This document shows positions 17,628-26,519 of a stretch of 52,447 bases of DNA, piece after piece. The notes under the pieces were generated by a model. The model worked only from the letters and a program-made list of their open reading frames with translations, was not told the origin of the DNA and did not search any database. The stretch's first letter is position 1. Every line of letters starts with the position of its first letter. The stretch lies in contig JAZDJJ010000144.1 of the NCBI GenBank assembly GCA_043804035.1, forward strand, positions 1-52,447, read 5' to 3'. The stretch comes from Bacteroidota bacterium (GTDB lineage Bacteria; Bacteroidota; Bacteroidia; Palsa-948). The translations under genes were made by a program, and so were the position numbers.

Positions 17628-20600
17628 ATGTACAAATCCGATTACCAGATATTGTTAGAAAAATTAGATGAGTTCATTCGGAAGTATTACAAGAACCATC
17701 TCATTCGCGGTGTATTGTATTCAACTGGAATGATGTTGCTATTTTATCTTTCCGTTACCATCCCCGAATATTTTGGACATTTTAATACAACGGTTCGTAC
17801 TGTTTTGTTTTATCTTTTTGTATTCACCAACTGTTGCATCCTTGCAAAGTTCATCATCATTCCGCTTTCCAAACTTAATAAACTTGGAAAAATAATTTCT
17901 AATGAACAAGCCGCACAAATAATTGGCAAACACTTTTCAAATGTGCAAGACAAACTTTTAAATGTTTTGCAATTAAAGAATCTACAATCTGCCAACCTGC
18001 CATTCCCTCAATCTGCTATTCTGATAGAGGCAAGCATCAATCAGAAAATAAAAGAACTTCGACTCATTCCATTTTCCGCTGCCATTGACCTGTGGCAGAA
18101 TAAAAAGTATTTTAAATATGCGTTAATTCCACTTTTGCTTTTTACATTTGTATTTCTTTCTAACTCAAACATTCTTACCGAAAGCACCAATCGTTTGCTG
18201 AATCATAGAACTTATTTTGAAAAGGAAGCACCCTTTCAGTTTATCATTCAAAATAAAGAAATGAAAATACCTCAACTTGATGACTTCACGCTCATTATGA
18301 AAGTGGCAGGAACAGAAATTCCTGAAGAAGTTTTTATTGAAATAAACAACAGTGAATATAAACTCGCCAAAGAAAACAAAACCATATTCAATTTTCTTTT
18401 CAGAAATGTGCAGAAAAATATTCCTTTCCGTTTTTCCGCTGATGGATTTGTTTCTAAAGAATATAAATTAATTGTGCTTCCTAAACCAATTTTATTAGAT
18501 TTTAATATTTTACTCAACTATCCAAAATACATCGGTAAAAAAGATGAAACAATAAAAAATACAGGCGACATGGTACTTCCTGTCGGAACAAAAGTTACAT
18601 GGAACTTTAACACACAAAATGCAAAACAATTAAAAATGCATTTGTCCGATACGACTTTTTCAGTACTATTGGTTGATGAAAACAAATTTTCATGCTCACA
18701 AATTTTCATGCACGACCAATCCTATTCTGTTTCATCTTCCAATGAATTTTTACAGAACAGAGATTCGCTTACATATTCCGTAAATATAATTCCAGATTTG
18801 TTTCCTGCCATTCAGGTTGAAGAAAAAAAGGACTCTGTTTTGCTCAAGCAAATTTATTTCATGGGTAACATCAAAGACGATTATGGTTTCAATCATCTTA
18901 CTTTCATCTCTCGTTTCCTCAATAAAAAAGATTCTTCTCTCATCAATACTCAAATTGTTCCCATTAGCAAATCAATCACACAGCAATCATTTTATTATTT
19001 CTGGGATATGTCGGTAATGAATATTGCTCCGAGTGATGAGATAGAATATTATTTTGAAGTATGGGATAATGATGGTGTGAATGGCAGCAAGGCAGCACGC
19101 ACTCAGCATTTGATATATCGTGCTCCTTCCAAAAAAGAAATTACTGAATCGGCTTCCCAAAAGAATACACGGATAAAAAATGAGATTGACGAAAGTATTC
19201 AACAGGCAAAAGCACTGCAAAAAGAATTAGATGATATCTATAAAAAAATATTGGATAAAAAAAATCTTTCTTGGGAAGAGAAAAAGAAAATGGAAGATTT
19301 GATACAGAAGCAGAAAGAACTTCAGGAAAGAATAGAAAAAATAAAAAATGAAAATTCCAACAATAATCAAATGCAATCGGAATTTTTAAAGCCCGATGAG
19401 AATATTGTAGAAAAGCAGAAACAACTTCAGGAACTATTTAATAATGTGATGACAGAAGATATGAAAAAGATATTTGAAGAAATGCAAAAGTTGATAGAGA
19501 AATTGGATAAGAATAAAATTCAGGAACAATTAGAAAAAATGAAACTCTCTAATAAAGATATAGAGAAAGAACTTGACCGTACATTAGAAATCTTTAAGCA
19601 GATAGAGTTTGAACAAAAGATGGAACAAACAATTGAGCAATTGAAAGAACTTGCCAAAGAACAAGATAAGTTGTCGCAGAAATCAGAAGAAAAAAATTTC
19701 GGTGAAAAAAAAGACGAGATAAAACAAAAACAAGATTTGCTGAACAAAGATTTTCAGGATATTCGTAAATCAATAGATGAGTTGGAGAAAAAAAACAACG
19801 AATTAGAACAACCAAATCCCATGCAGAACACCGAGCAGAAAGAACAGGAAATTCAGCAGGAACAACAAAACAGCAGCCAACAACTGAATGAAGGGAAAAA
19901 TAAAAAAGCATCGCAATCACAAAAAAATGCTTCACAGAAAATGAACCAACTTTCGCGGCAGATGCAGGAAATGATGGAACAAATGAATTCAGAACAACAA
20001 GAAGAAGATGAACGCGCACTGCGGGATATTCTGAACAATCTCATCCAACTTTCTTTTGACCAGGAAGCATTGATGAAAGAAACGAATAAAGTAAAATCCG
20101 AAAATCCGCAATATGTAAAACATACACAGCAGCAGAAAAAACTTAAAGACGATGCCGCAATGATAGAAGACAGTTTGCTTGCTCTCAGCAAACGACAGGC
20201 ATCTATACAAAGTGTGGTGAACAGAGAGATAAGTGCCATCAACATGAACATGGATAAATCCATTTATCTAATGTCAAAACGAGATAATCACTTTTCGCCA
20301 GATATAAGTTCCCGACAGCAATTCTCTATGACATCCATTAATAATCTTGCTCTGCTACTCAGTGAAACTCTCAACCAGATGCAGAACAATTGTAAATCGT
20401 CAAAGAGTGGGCAATGTTCCAAACCGGGCTCTTGCAAAAAACCGGGACATGGAAAAAAACCATCGTTTTCTTCTATGAGACAAATGCAAGAAGAACTAAA
20501 TAAAAGAATACGGGAACTTAAAAAATCTTTAGAAAAAGGACAAAATCCCAACGGACAGAAACAAGGCAATCAGCAGGGAACCGGAAGCATGAGCGAAGAA

Positions 20601-20978
20601 CTGGTAAAAATTGCTGCACAGCAAGAAGCCCTCAAACAAATGATGATGCAAATGATGAAAGAAGGTGGCATGGCGCCAGGAGATGCAAAGAACACATTAA
20701 AGATGATGGAAGAAACGCAGAAAGATATGGTAAATAAAATGCTCAACGAAAAAACTATCATACGACAACAACAGATACTGGAAAAATTATTGGACTATGA
20801 AAAAGCAGAAAGAGAACGTGATACCGAACAAAAAAGACAAGCGAAAGAAGCAAGAGATGAGCCGAAACGTAATCTTTCAGAATTTATGGAATACAATATG
20901 CGTAAAAAAAAAAGAAACCGAATTATTAAAAACTATTCCTCCTTCTTTCAGAAGTTTTTACAAGAACAAAGTATCTGA
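17628..20978 (+). CDS. Large membrane-anchored protein with long Q/E/K-rich coiled-coil region (DUF4175-like)
   Basis: 1116 aa. Two or three N-terminal TM segments, a beta-rich middle (…YYFEVWDNDGVNGSKAARTQ…), then about 600 aa of charged low-complexity coiled coil with a Cys/Lys cluster (CKSSKSGQCSKPGSCKKPGHGKK). The 3' end is uncertain because of the A10 tract at 20904-20913. Confidence 0.6.
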   Translation: MYKSDYQILLEKLDEFIRKYYKNHLIRGVLYSTGMMLLFYLSVTIPEYFGHFNTTVRTVLFYLFVFTNCCILAKFIIIPLSKLNKLGKIISNEQAAQIIGKHFSNVQDKLLNVLQLKNLQSANLPFPQSAILIEASINQKIKELRLIPFSAAIDLWQNKKYFKYALIPLLLFTFVFLSNSNILTESTNRLLNHRTYFEKEAPFQFIIQNKEMKIPQLDDFTLIMKVAGTEIPEEVFIEINNSEYKLAKENKTIFNFLFRNVQKNIPFRFSADGFVSKEYKLIVLPKPILLDFNILLNYPKYIGKKDETIKNTGDMVLPVGTKVTWNFNTQNAKQLKMHLSDTTFSVLLVDENKFSCSQIFMHDQSYSVSSSNEFLQNRDSLTYSVNIIPDLFPAIQVEEKKDSVLLKQIYFMGNIKDDYGFNHLTFISRFLNKKDSSLINTQIVPISKSITQQSFYYFWDMSVMNIAPSDEIEYYFEVWDNDGVNGSKAARTQHLIYRAPSKKEITESASQKNTRIKNEIDESIQQAKALQKELDDIYKKILDKKNLSWEEKKKMEDLIQKQKELQERIEKIKNENSNNNQMQSEFLKPDENIVEKQKQLQELFNNVMTEDMKKIFEEMQKLIEKLDKNKIQEQLEKMKLSNKDIEKELDRTLEIFKQIEFEQKMEQTIEQLKELAKEQDKLSQKSEEKNFGEKKDEIKQKQDLLNKDFQDIRKSIDELEKKNNELEQPNPMQNTEQKEQEIQQEQQNSSQQLNEGKNKKASQSQKNASQKMNQLSRQMQEMMEQMNSEQQEEDERALRDILNNLIQLSFDQEALMKETNKVKSENPQYVKHTQQQKKLKDDAAMIEDSLLALSKRQASIQSVVNREISAINMNMDKSIYLMSKRDNHFSPDISSRQQFSMTSINNLALLLSETLNQMQNNCKSSKSGQCSKPGSCKKPGHGKKPSFSSMRQMQEELNKRIRELKKSLEKGQNPNGQKQGNQQGTGSMSEELVKIAAQQEALKQMMMQMMKEGGMAPGDAKNTLKMMEETQKDMVNKMLNEKTIIRQQQILEKLLDYEKAERERDTEQKRQAKEARDEPKRNLSEFMEYNMRKKKRNRIIKNYSSFFQKFLQEQSI

Positions 20979-21014
20979 ATATTTTAACAATTACGCAACT
21001 CAATAATCAATACA

Positions 21015-21419
21015 ATGATACCAGAAAATCAAAAACTCCTAATCCCTTCCAAATCGGAAAATATCGTACTGATTGAAAAATTAGTGGATGATATATGCGA
21101 TCTTTATAACATAAAAGAAGAAGCATACGGAAATATTTTAGTAACGATTACCGAAGCCACCAACAATGCAATTCGGCATGGCAATAAATTAGATTCTAAA
21201 AAAAATATTGAAATTTCCTTTGAAGTAAAAGACGGTAAACTATTTTTTACAGTGATAGACCAAGGACCTGGTTTTGATCACCTTCATATTCCCGATCCTA
21301 CCGACCCGAAGAACATTGAAAAACCTACAGGACGAGGCATCTATTTAATGAGACACCTTGCCAATAAAATTGTTTTTGAAAATAATGGAAGCAAGGTGAT
21401 AATTGAGTTTGAACTTTAA
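21015..21419 (+). CDS. SpoIIAB/RsbW-like anti-sigma factor serine kinase (GHKL ATPase domain only)
   Basis: 134 aa. N-box EATNNAIRHGN, G1 DQGPGFD, G2 GRGIYLMRHLA. Confidence 0.75.
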   Translation: MIPENQKLLIPSKSENIVLIEKLVDDICDLYNIKEEAYGNILVTITEATNNAIRHGNKLDSKKNIEISFEVKDGKLFFTVIDQGPGFDHLHIPDPTDPKNIEKPTGRGIYLMRHLANKIVFENNGSKVIIEFEL

Positions 21420-21475
21420 AATGAACTACCACAACCTGCAAGGAATTCTTTTGAATAAAGAAATTTTACAATTCA

Positions 21476-22048
21476 TCATTTTTTTTCAATCGCTTCACAA
21501 AGATTTACAAAAATATTCTCAATACCGCCTACTCCTTTTATGCTTTTCAGTTTTCCTTGTTTTGCATAAAATTCTTTCAGCGGAGAAGTTTTTTTATTGT
21601 ATTCATTTATCCTGTTTCCGATAATCGTTTTATCCACATCATCACTTCTGCCTGAAGTTTGCCCGCGCAAAAGAATTCGTTTAATTAACTCTTCATCTTC
21701 AACTTCAAGAGAGAGAGTCATTGTGATAGAAAGATTTTTTGTGGAAAGAAATTCATCTAATTTGTCTGCCTGCGCAATAGTACGCGGAAAGCCATCAAAG
21801 ATAAATCCTTTTGCATCAAGATTTTTACTGACATCAAATTCAAGCATACTGATTGTTACTTCATCTGGAACAAGTTCGCCTTTGTCCATAAATCCTTTTG
21901 CTTGTCTTCCGAGTTCAGTTCCACCTTTTATATTAGCACGAAAAATATCACCGGTGGAAAGATGAATCAATTGATATTTTTTGGCTATTTTTTCTGCTTG
22001 GGTGCCTTTGCCCGCACCAGGAGGACCAAAGATTACGATGTTTAACAT
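21476..22048 (-). CDS. adk: Adenylate kinase (short lid type)
   Basis: 190 aa. P-loop GPPGAGKGTQ, then LSTGDIFRA and DGFPRT. Confidence 0.95.
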   Translation of the reverse strand: MLNIVIFGPPGAGKGTQAEKIAKKYQLIHLSTGDIFRANIKGGTELGRQAKGFMDKGELVPDEVTISMLEFDVSKNLDAKGFIFDGFPRTIAQADKLDEFLSTKNLSITMTLSLEVEDEELIKRILLRGQTSGRSDDVDKTIIGNRINEYNKKTSPLKEFYAKQGKLKSIKGVGGIENIFVNLCEAIEKK

Positions 22049-22413
22049 AAATTTTAAATTTTAAATTGTTATTACTGAATTTAAATTTGAAGTGCAACAA
22101 ACGTACATAAAATTTTTAATTACACCGAACAGAAATAGATTTTCGGATTTTTGCAAACAATCTTCCTGCATATTTTCCGAAAAATTAAATTCTTTTGAGT
22201 ATACACATAAACGGGATAAAAATCAAAAAGGGTTTATGGAAGAAATTTATGTAAAAATTTTCAATCTACTACTATCCCTGCACTGACACAAGACCCGTGT
22301 TACCGCTTGTGCTGTTTTGTCGTCTGTGTCCCAATAAATTATCCGTAAATGTTGAGTTTTAAAGTGTCTACCGAATGTGCGTTATTTATATTCCCCATTA
22401 CTGTCATCTTACT

Positions 22414-22929
22414 TTAACCACTTTTAAATCCTATCCGCTTACGTTTTCTGTAAATTGTTTCCTGCTTATCTTTTTTTATCAAGTAATTTAATGCTTCGTA
22501 AACATTTCTGAATTGATGATTATACTTGCGTTCTAATTTTTTTAATTTTTCCGTTAAATCTTTGTGTGTGAGAGCATACTGCCGAATGAAAACAAAAGCC
22601 CGCATAATGTAAATATTCACCTCAACCGCTTTTTTGCTTTTCAATACGCTGGAAAGCATTGCTACGCCCTGTTCGGTAAAAGCAAACGGCGTTGAGGGAC
22701 TAAACCTTTCCGGCAGGTTATCCCAATTTGGGATAAGTTCCTGCCATTCTTGCTTTGTTATCTGAAACATAAAGTCATCTGGGAACCGGTCAAGGTTTCT
22801 TCGTACAGCCCGTTTTAATAATCGTGTTTCTGTTTCATACAATGTAGCAATGTCATAGTCCAGAATTACTTTCTGCCCTCTTATTTCGTAAATCTTGCGT
22901 TGTATTATTTGAAGTTGCATATCAGTCAA
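22414..22929 (-). CDS. ORF6N domain-containing (KilA-N-related DNA-binding) protein
   Basis: 171 aa. IYEIRGQKVILDYDIATLYETETRLLKRAVRRNLDRFPDDFMFQIT is the typical ORF6N N-terminal domain. Confidence 0.75.
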   Translation of the reverse strand: MTDMQLQIIQRKIYEIRGQKVILDYDIATLYETETRLLKRAVRRNLDRFPDDFMFQITKQEWQELIPNWDNLPERFSPSTPFAFTEQGVAMLSSVLKSKKAVEVNIYIMRAFVFIRQYALTHKDLTEKLKKLERKYNHQFRNVYEALNYLIKKDKQETIYRKRKRIGFKSG

Positions 22930-23152
22930 GTTATTTTATTTGAAGTTGCAAAGATACAACTTAACAATGGATATTTCTATTCTTTTTTCTTCGTTAATGG
23001 ATGAAAAAAATAAAATTTTCAATTACACATATTTTCGGCAAGTGCTCAAATACCAATATTTCGGCAAATTTCGGCTATTTCGGCAAGCTCAATAACCTGC
23101 TCAATTACCAAGCTCAATACGAGAACGGGATAAAAATTAAAAAGGATTTATA

Positions 23153-23220
23153 GATGGCGGGTCAAAGCCCGCCATGACGAACTAATGATGGAGGGTCAAA
23201 GCCCGCCATGACGAACTAAT
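23153..23220. repeat. Two tandem 34-bp REP-like units GATGG(C/A)GGGTCAAAGCCCGCCATGACGAACTAAT
   Basis: Direct reading shows one mismatch between the units. Each holds a GGCGGG/CCCGCC hairpin. They lie 24 nt downstream of the ggt stop. Confidence 0.9.
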
Positions 23221-23243
23221 AAGTGAGCAAACATATTTCGTTG

Positions 23244-24959
23244 TTAATATCCTTCTGCTGTATCATCTCCTCTTTTATCAGCACCTCCTTCTAATTTTCC
23301 GTTTGGCAAAATTAAAATTGCATCAGTTCTTCCTATGGGATTTCGCTTTATTACATGATGTCCTTTCTTTTTAAGAGAGATAACTGTTAAACTATCCAGA
23401 GCATTTTCTTCAGCAAAAATAGTATCCGGATGCCATTGATGATGAAATTTTTTTGCGTTCACTGCTTCCTGCATTGTCATTCCGTGTTCAACAACATTCA
23501 TAATAGTTTGAAAAATAGAAGTGATAATTGTTGAACCACCCGGTGTTCCTACAACCATAAAAAGTTTTCCATCTTTTTCAATAATAGTTGGAGCCATAGA
23601 ACTCAACATTCTTTTTCCGGGGGCAATAGCATTTGCATCCGACCCGATGAGTCCGTAAGCATTAGAAATTCCGGGCTTGGAACTGAAATCATCCATCTCG
23701 TTGTTCAACAAAAATCCTGAACCGGGGACAAAAATTAATGAACCATAAGAGCCATTTAACGTTGTGGTAACAGCAACTGCATTGCGCCATTTGTCAACGA
23801 TAGAAAAATGAGTGGTTTGTTCTTTTTCTGTTTTCCCAAAAAAAGATGGAGCAATGTTTTTGCTTTTTGATGCAATATCAGGAGTAAAATTTTTCATCCG
23901 CGAAATAATATAATCAGAATCAAGTAGATTATTAACAGGAACCGGATAAAAATCAGGGTCGCCAAGATGTTCTGCACGGTCGGCATAAACTCTTTTTTCG
24001 GCTTCCACCATCAGGTGAACATTTTTTTCTTTGTTCCATCCCCAATCTTTCAGAGAATACTTTTCAATCATATTTAGTAACTGCACGAGAGCAATTCCTC
24101 CACTGGAAGGAGGTGGCATAGAAATGATATGATAGTTTTTGTAATATCCTGTTACGGGAGTTCGCCAAACAGATTCATAGTTTTCTAAATCAACTGTTGT
24201 TATCAATCCTTTTCCTCTTTGCATTTCTGATAAAATATTTTCAGCCGTTTCTCCTGAATAAAATCCTTTTCTTCCTTTATCACGAATGAGCGTCAACGTT
24301 TTTGCAAGTTCTTTTTGTATGAGCGTGTCGCCCGCTTTCCAGTTCTGATTTTTCACAAGAGGCACGGCATAACTCATGTCGTTGTATTTCAAAAAATCTT
24401 TTTTCAGTTTATTCAGTTCTTTTGCTTGTCGTTCGGTGATAGAGAATCCTTTTTCCGCAAGATCAATTGATGGCTGAATTAAATCTTTCCAGGGAAGTTT
24501 ACCATATTTCTGATGTGCTTTTACCATTCCATCCACAGTTCCCGGAACACCAACAGAAAGATTTCCGTAAAAACTCAACCCGTCAATCACATTTCCATTT
24601 TTATCAAGATACATATTGCGAGTTGCTTTCATCGGTGCTTTCTCGCGGAAGTCAAGAGAATTTATTTTTCCATTACTCATTCGCAAAACCATAAATCCAC
24701 CGCCACCAATATTTCCTGCATTCGGATAAACAACTGCCAATGCAAATTGAACCGCGACAGTTGCGTCAACTGCATTTCCACCTTTTTTCAAAATTTTAAT
24801 TCCGACTTTTGATGCCTCCTGATGTGCAGAAACCACCATACAGGAATCAGTTATTAGCCCTATGTTTTCTACTTGCTTAACAGAATTTTCTTTAGAAGGA
24901 TTACAAGAAAGAAAAGTTATAAAAACAAACAGAAATAATATTTTTAAAAATATTTTCAT
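23244..24959 (-). CDS. ggt: Gamma-glutamyltransferase
   Basis: 571 aa. Lipoprotein-like signal (FLSCN), autoprocessing/nucleophile site [10 protein letters not shown], and GGSTIITS. Confidence 0.9.
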   Translation of the reverse strand: MKIFLKILFLFVFITFLSCNPSKENSVKQVENIGLITDSCMVVSAHQEASKVGIKILKKGGNAVDATVAVQFALAVVYPNAGNIGGGGFMVLRMSNGKINSLDFREKAPMKATRNMYLDKNGNVIDGLSFYGNLSVGVPGTVDGMVKAHQKYGKLPWKDLIQPSIDLAEKGFSITERQAKELNKLKKDFLKYNDMSYAVPLVKNQNWKAGDTLIQKELAKTLTLIRDKGRKGFYSGETAENILSEMQRGKGLITTVDLENYESVWRTPVTGYYKNYHIISMPPPSSGGIALVQLLNMIEKYSLKDWGWNKEKNVHLMVEAEKRVYADRAEHLGDPDFYPVPVNNLLDSDYIISRMKNFTPDIASKSKNIAPSFFGKTEKEQTTHFSIVDKWRNAVAVTTTLNGSYGSLIFVPGSGFLLNNEMDDFSSKPGISNAYGLIGSDANAIAPGKRMLSSMAPTIIEKDGKLFMVVGTPGGSTIITSIFQTIMNVVEHGMTMQEAVNAKKFHHQWHPDTIFAEENALDSLTVISLKKKGHHVIKRNPIGRTDAILILPNGKLEGGADKRGDDTAEGY

Positions 24960-25045
24960 AAGTCAGCAAAACTAATATTTTTGTTTGTGACTTTTTATCC
25001 CTATATTTTTATTTTTTCATTACACAAATTCTGTATCTTTGCAGA

Positions 25046-25396
25046 GTGAACAAAAAACAAAAGCATAGGATTATAATTTTTTACAAGAACTATTTTCAAG
25101 AGTTTTTCATAAAACAACAAGACAAAGTGAAAGATAAATTTATCTGGACCTTTAACTTGATAGAAGAACTACAAAGAGTACCTGAAACGTATCTTAAACA
25201 CATAAAGAATACGGATGGACTTTTTGAAATTAGGGTGCAACAAGGTAGCGACATTTTTCGTGTTTTCTGTTTTTTTGCTCAAGGGCACTTGATTATTTTA
25301 ATAAATGGGTTTCAAAAGAAAACTCAAAAAACACCAAAACAAGAAATTAAAAAGGCACTTAAAATAAAAGAAGAATATGAAAACGAAAAAAAGTAA
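25046..25396 (+). CDS. RelE/HigB-type toxin (phage Gp49-like, DUF891)
   Basis: 116 aa, GTG start. LFEIRVQQGSDIFRVFCFFAQGHLIILINGFQKKTQKTPKQEIKKA is the typical Gp49/HigB core. The toxin gene comes first, as in higBA. Confidence 0.7.
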   Translation: MNKKQKHRIIIFYKNYFQEFFIKQQDKVKDKFIWTFNLIEELQRVPETYLKHIKNTDGLFEIRVQQGSDIFRVFCFFAQGHLIILINGFQKKTQKTPKQEIKKALKIKEEYENEKK

Positions 25397-25682
25397 TATT
25401 ATGACACTTGACCAGTTCAAGGAAAAACATTATGGCAAATCTGGGACAGAAAAACGAGACCAACTTGATGAAGGTTACGAAGATTTTAAAATTGGTGCTT
25501 TAATTCACGATGCACGACTTGAAAAGGGCTTAACACAAGAAGAACTTGCCGTGAAAATTGGAACAACAAAATCTTATATCTCTAAAATAGAAAATAATGT
25601 TAACGAAATACGTTTTTCTACACTTAAAAAAATTATAGAATTTGGGTTGGGGGGACAATTACAGCTCTCAATTAAATTTTGA
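25377..25682 (+). CDS. XRE-family helix-turn-helix antitoxin (HigA-like)
   Basis: 101 aa. HTH LTQEELAVKIGTTKSYISKIEN. Overlaps the toxin gene by 20 nt. Confidence 0.7.
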   Translation: MKTKKSNIMTLDQFKEKHYGKSGTEKRDQLDEGYEDFKIGALIHDARLEKGLTQEELAVKIGTTKSYISKIENNVNEIRFSTLKKIIEFGLGGQLQLSIKF

Positions 25683-25731
25683 TGCATCTTTTTTATCTGA
25701 TGGAATTTAGGGCAGTCCCAAAAATTGGTTT

Positions 25732-25883
25732 CGTCATTGCGACATGAAGCGAAGCGAAATGGAAGCAATCTCTAATCTGCCTGTGCTGACTTGTCTGCGT
25801 GCGGACGCACAGGCAGAACACGGCAGACAGGTAGCAGGGACAAAGATTGCTTCGGGTTGCTTAAAGCAACCCTCGCAATGACG
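25732..25883. repeat. Three-layer nested palindromic element
   Basis: Outer arms CGTCATTGCGA (25732-42) / TCGCAATGACG (25873-83). Middle arms GAAGCAATCT (25762-71) / AGATTGCTTC (25844-53). Inner arms CTGCCTGTGC (25777-86) / GCACAGGCAG (25807-16). All three pairs are perfect reverse complements. Confidence 0.9.
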
Positions 25884-25999
25884 TTTATTTGTATTTTTAG
25901 AACTGCCCTTTATTGAGTTTTTCATGTTCTTTATGAAATGACTTTGTGTGATCGTGGTAAAAAATCAATTTTTGGAATCACTCATAAATCTTACAAATA

Positions 26000-26512
26000 A
26001 TGTTACCAAAAGTTTCAATCGTAATGGGTAGCACATCGGACTGGCCGGTGATGCAGAAAGCCGCAGAAATTCTTAACCAGTTTAAAATTCCTTTTGAAGT
26101 AAATGCTCTCTCGGCTCACCGTGTTCCCGAACAGGTTGCAGAGTTTGCGAAAAATGTTTCTTCACGCGGAGTGAAAGTGATTATTGCAGGTGCAGGAGGC
26201 GCAGCACATTTACCCGGAGTGATTGCATCATTTACAACTTGTCCTGTCATCGGTGTTCCCTGCAAATCATCCATCTCGCTTGACGGATGGGATTCCCTTC
26301 TTTCCATCGTGCAGATGCCTCCCGGTGTTCCTGTTGCTACTGTGGGAATTGATGGAGGACAAAACGCAGGTATTCTTGCTGTGCAAATTCTCGGAGCGGG
26401 AGATGAAAAAATTTCTGCTGAATTAAAAAAATTCAAAGAGAAACTGAAAGAAAAAGTGCTGAAAGCAAACAAAGAAATGAAACAGCATAAGTTTGATTAC
26501 AGAGTTTCTTGA
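26000..26512 (+). CDS. purE: N5-carboxyaminoimidazole ribonucleotide mutase (class I PurE)
   Basis: 170 aa. VSIVMGSTSDWPVM, SAHR and AGGAAHLPG motifs. Confidence 0.95.
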   Translation: MLPKVSIVMGSTSDWPVMQKAAEILNQFKIPFEVNALSAHRVPEQVAEFAKNVSSRGVKVIIAGAGGAAHLPGVIASFTTCPVIGVPCKSSISLDGWDSLLSIVQMPPGVPVATVGIDGGQNAGILAVQILGAGDEKISAELKKFKEKLKEKVLKANKEMKQHKFDYRVS

Positions 26513-26519
26513 AAAAATA

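Noticed and set aside
19520-20569. Stack of long antisense ORFs (75-141 aa) opposite the 1116-aa gene
   Set aside because: They lie opposite a purine-rich, Q/E/K low-complexity coding region that lacks stop codons on the complementary strand. Their translations are Cys/Ser/Phe-rich nonsense with no start context.
22092-22286. 64-aa ORF in the adk/ORF6N gap
   Set aside because: It runs across partial copies of intergenic repeat families and has no recognisable protein features.
25734-25925. 63-aa ORF spanning the nested palindrome
   Set aside because: It is composed entirely of palindromic repeat sequence. The Cys/Ala/Arg-rich translation is typical of repeat-derived phantom ORFs.
26116-26472. 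118-aa ORF antisense to purE
   Set aside because: purE is unambiguous by motifs. The antisense frame is open only because of the locally higher GC content.
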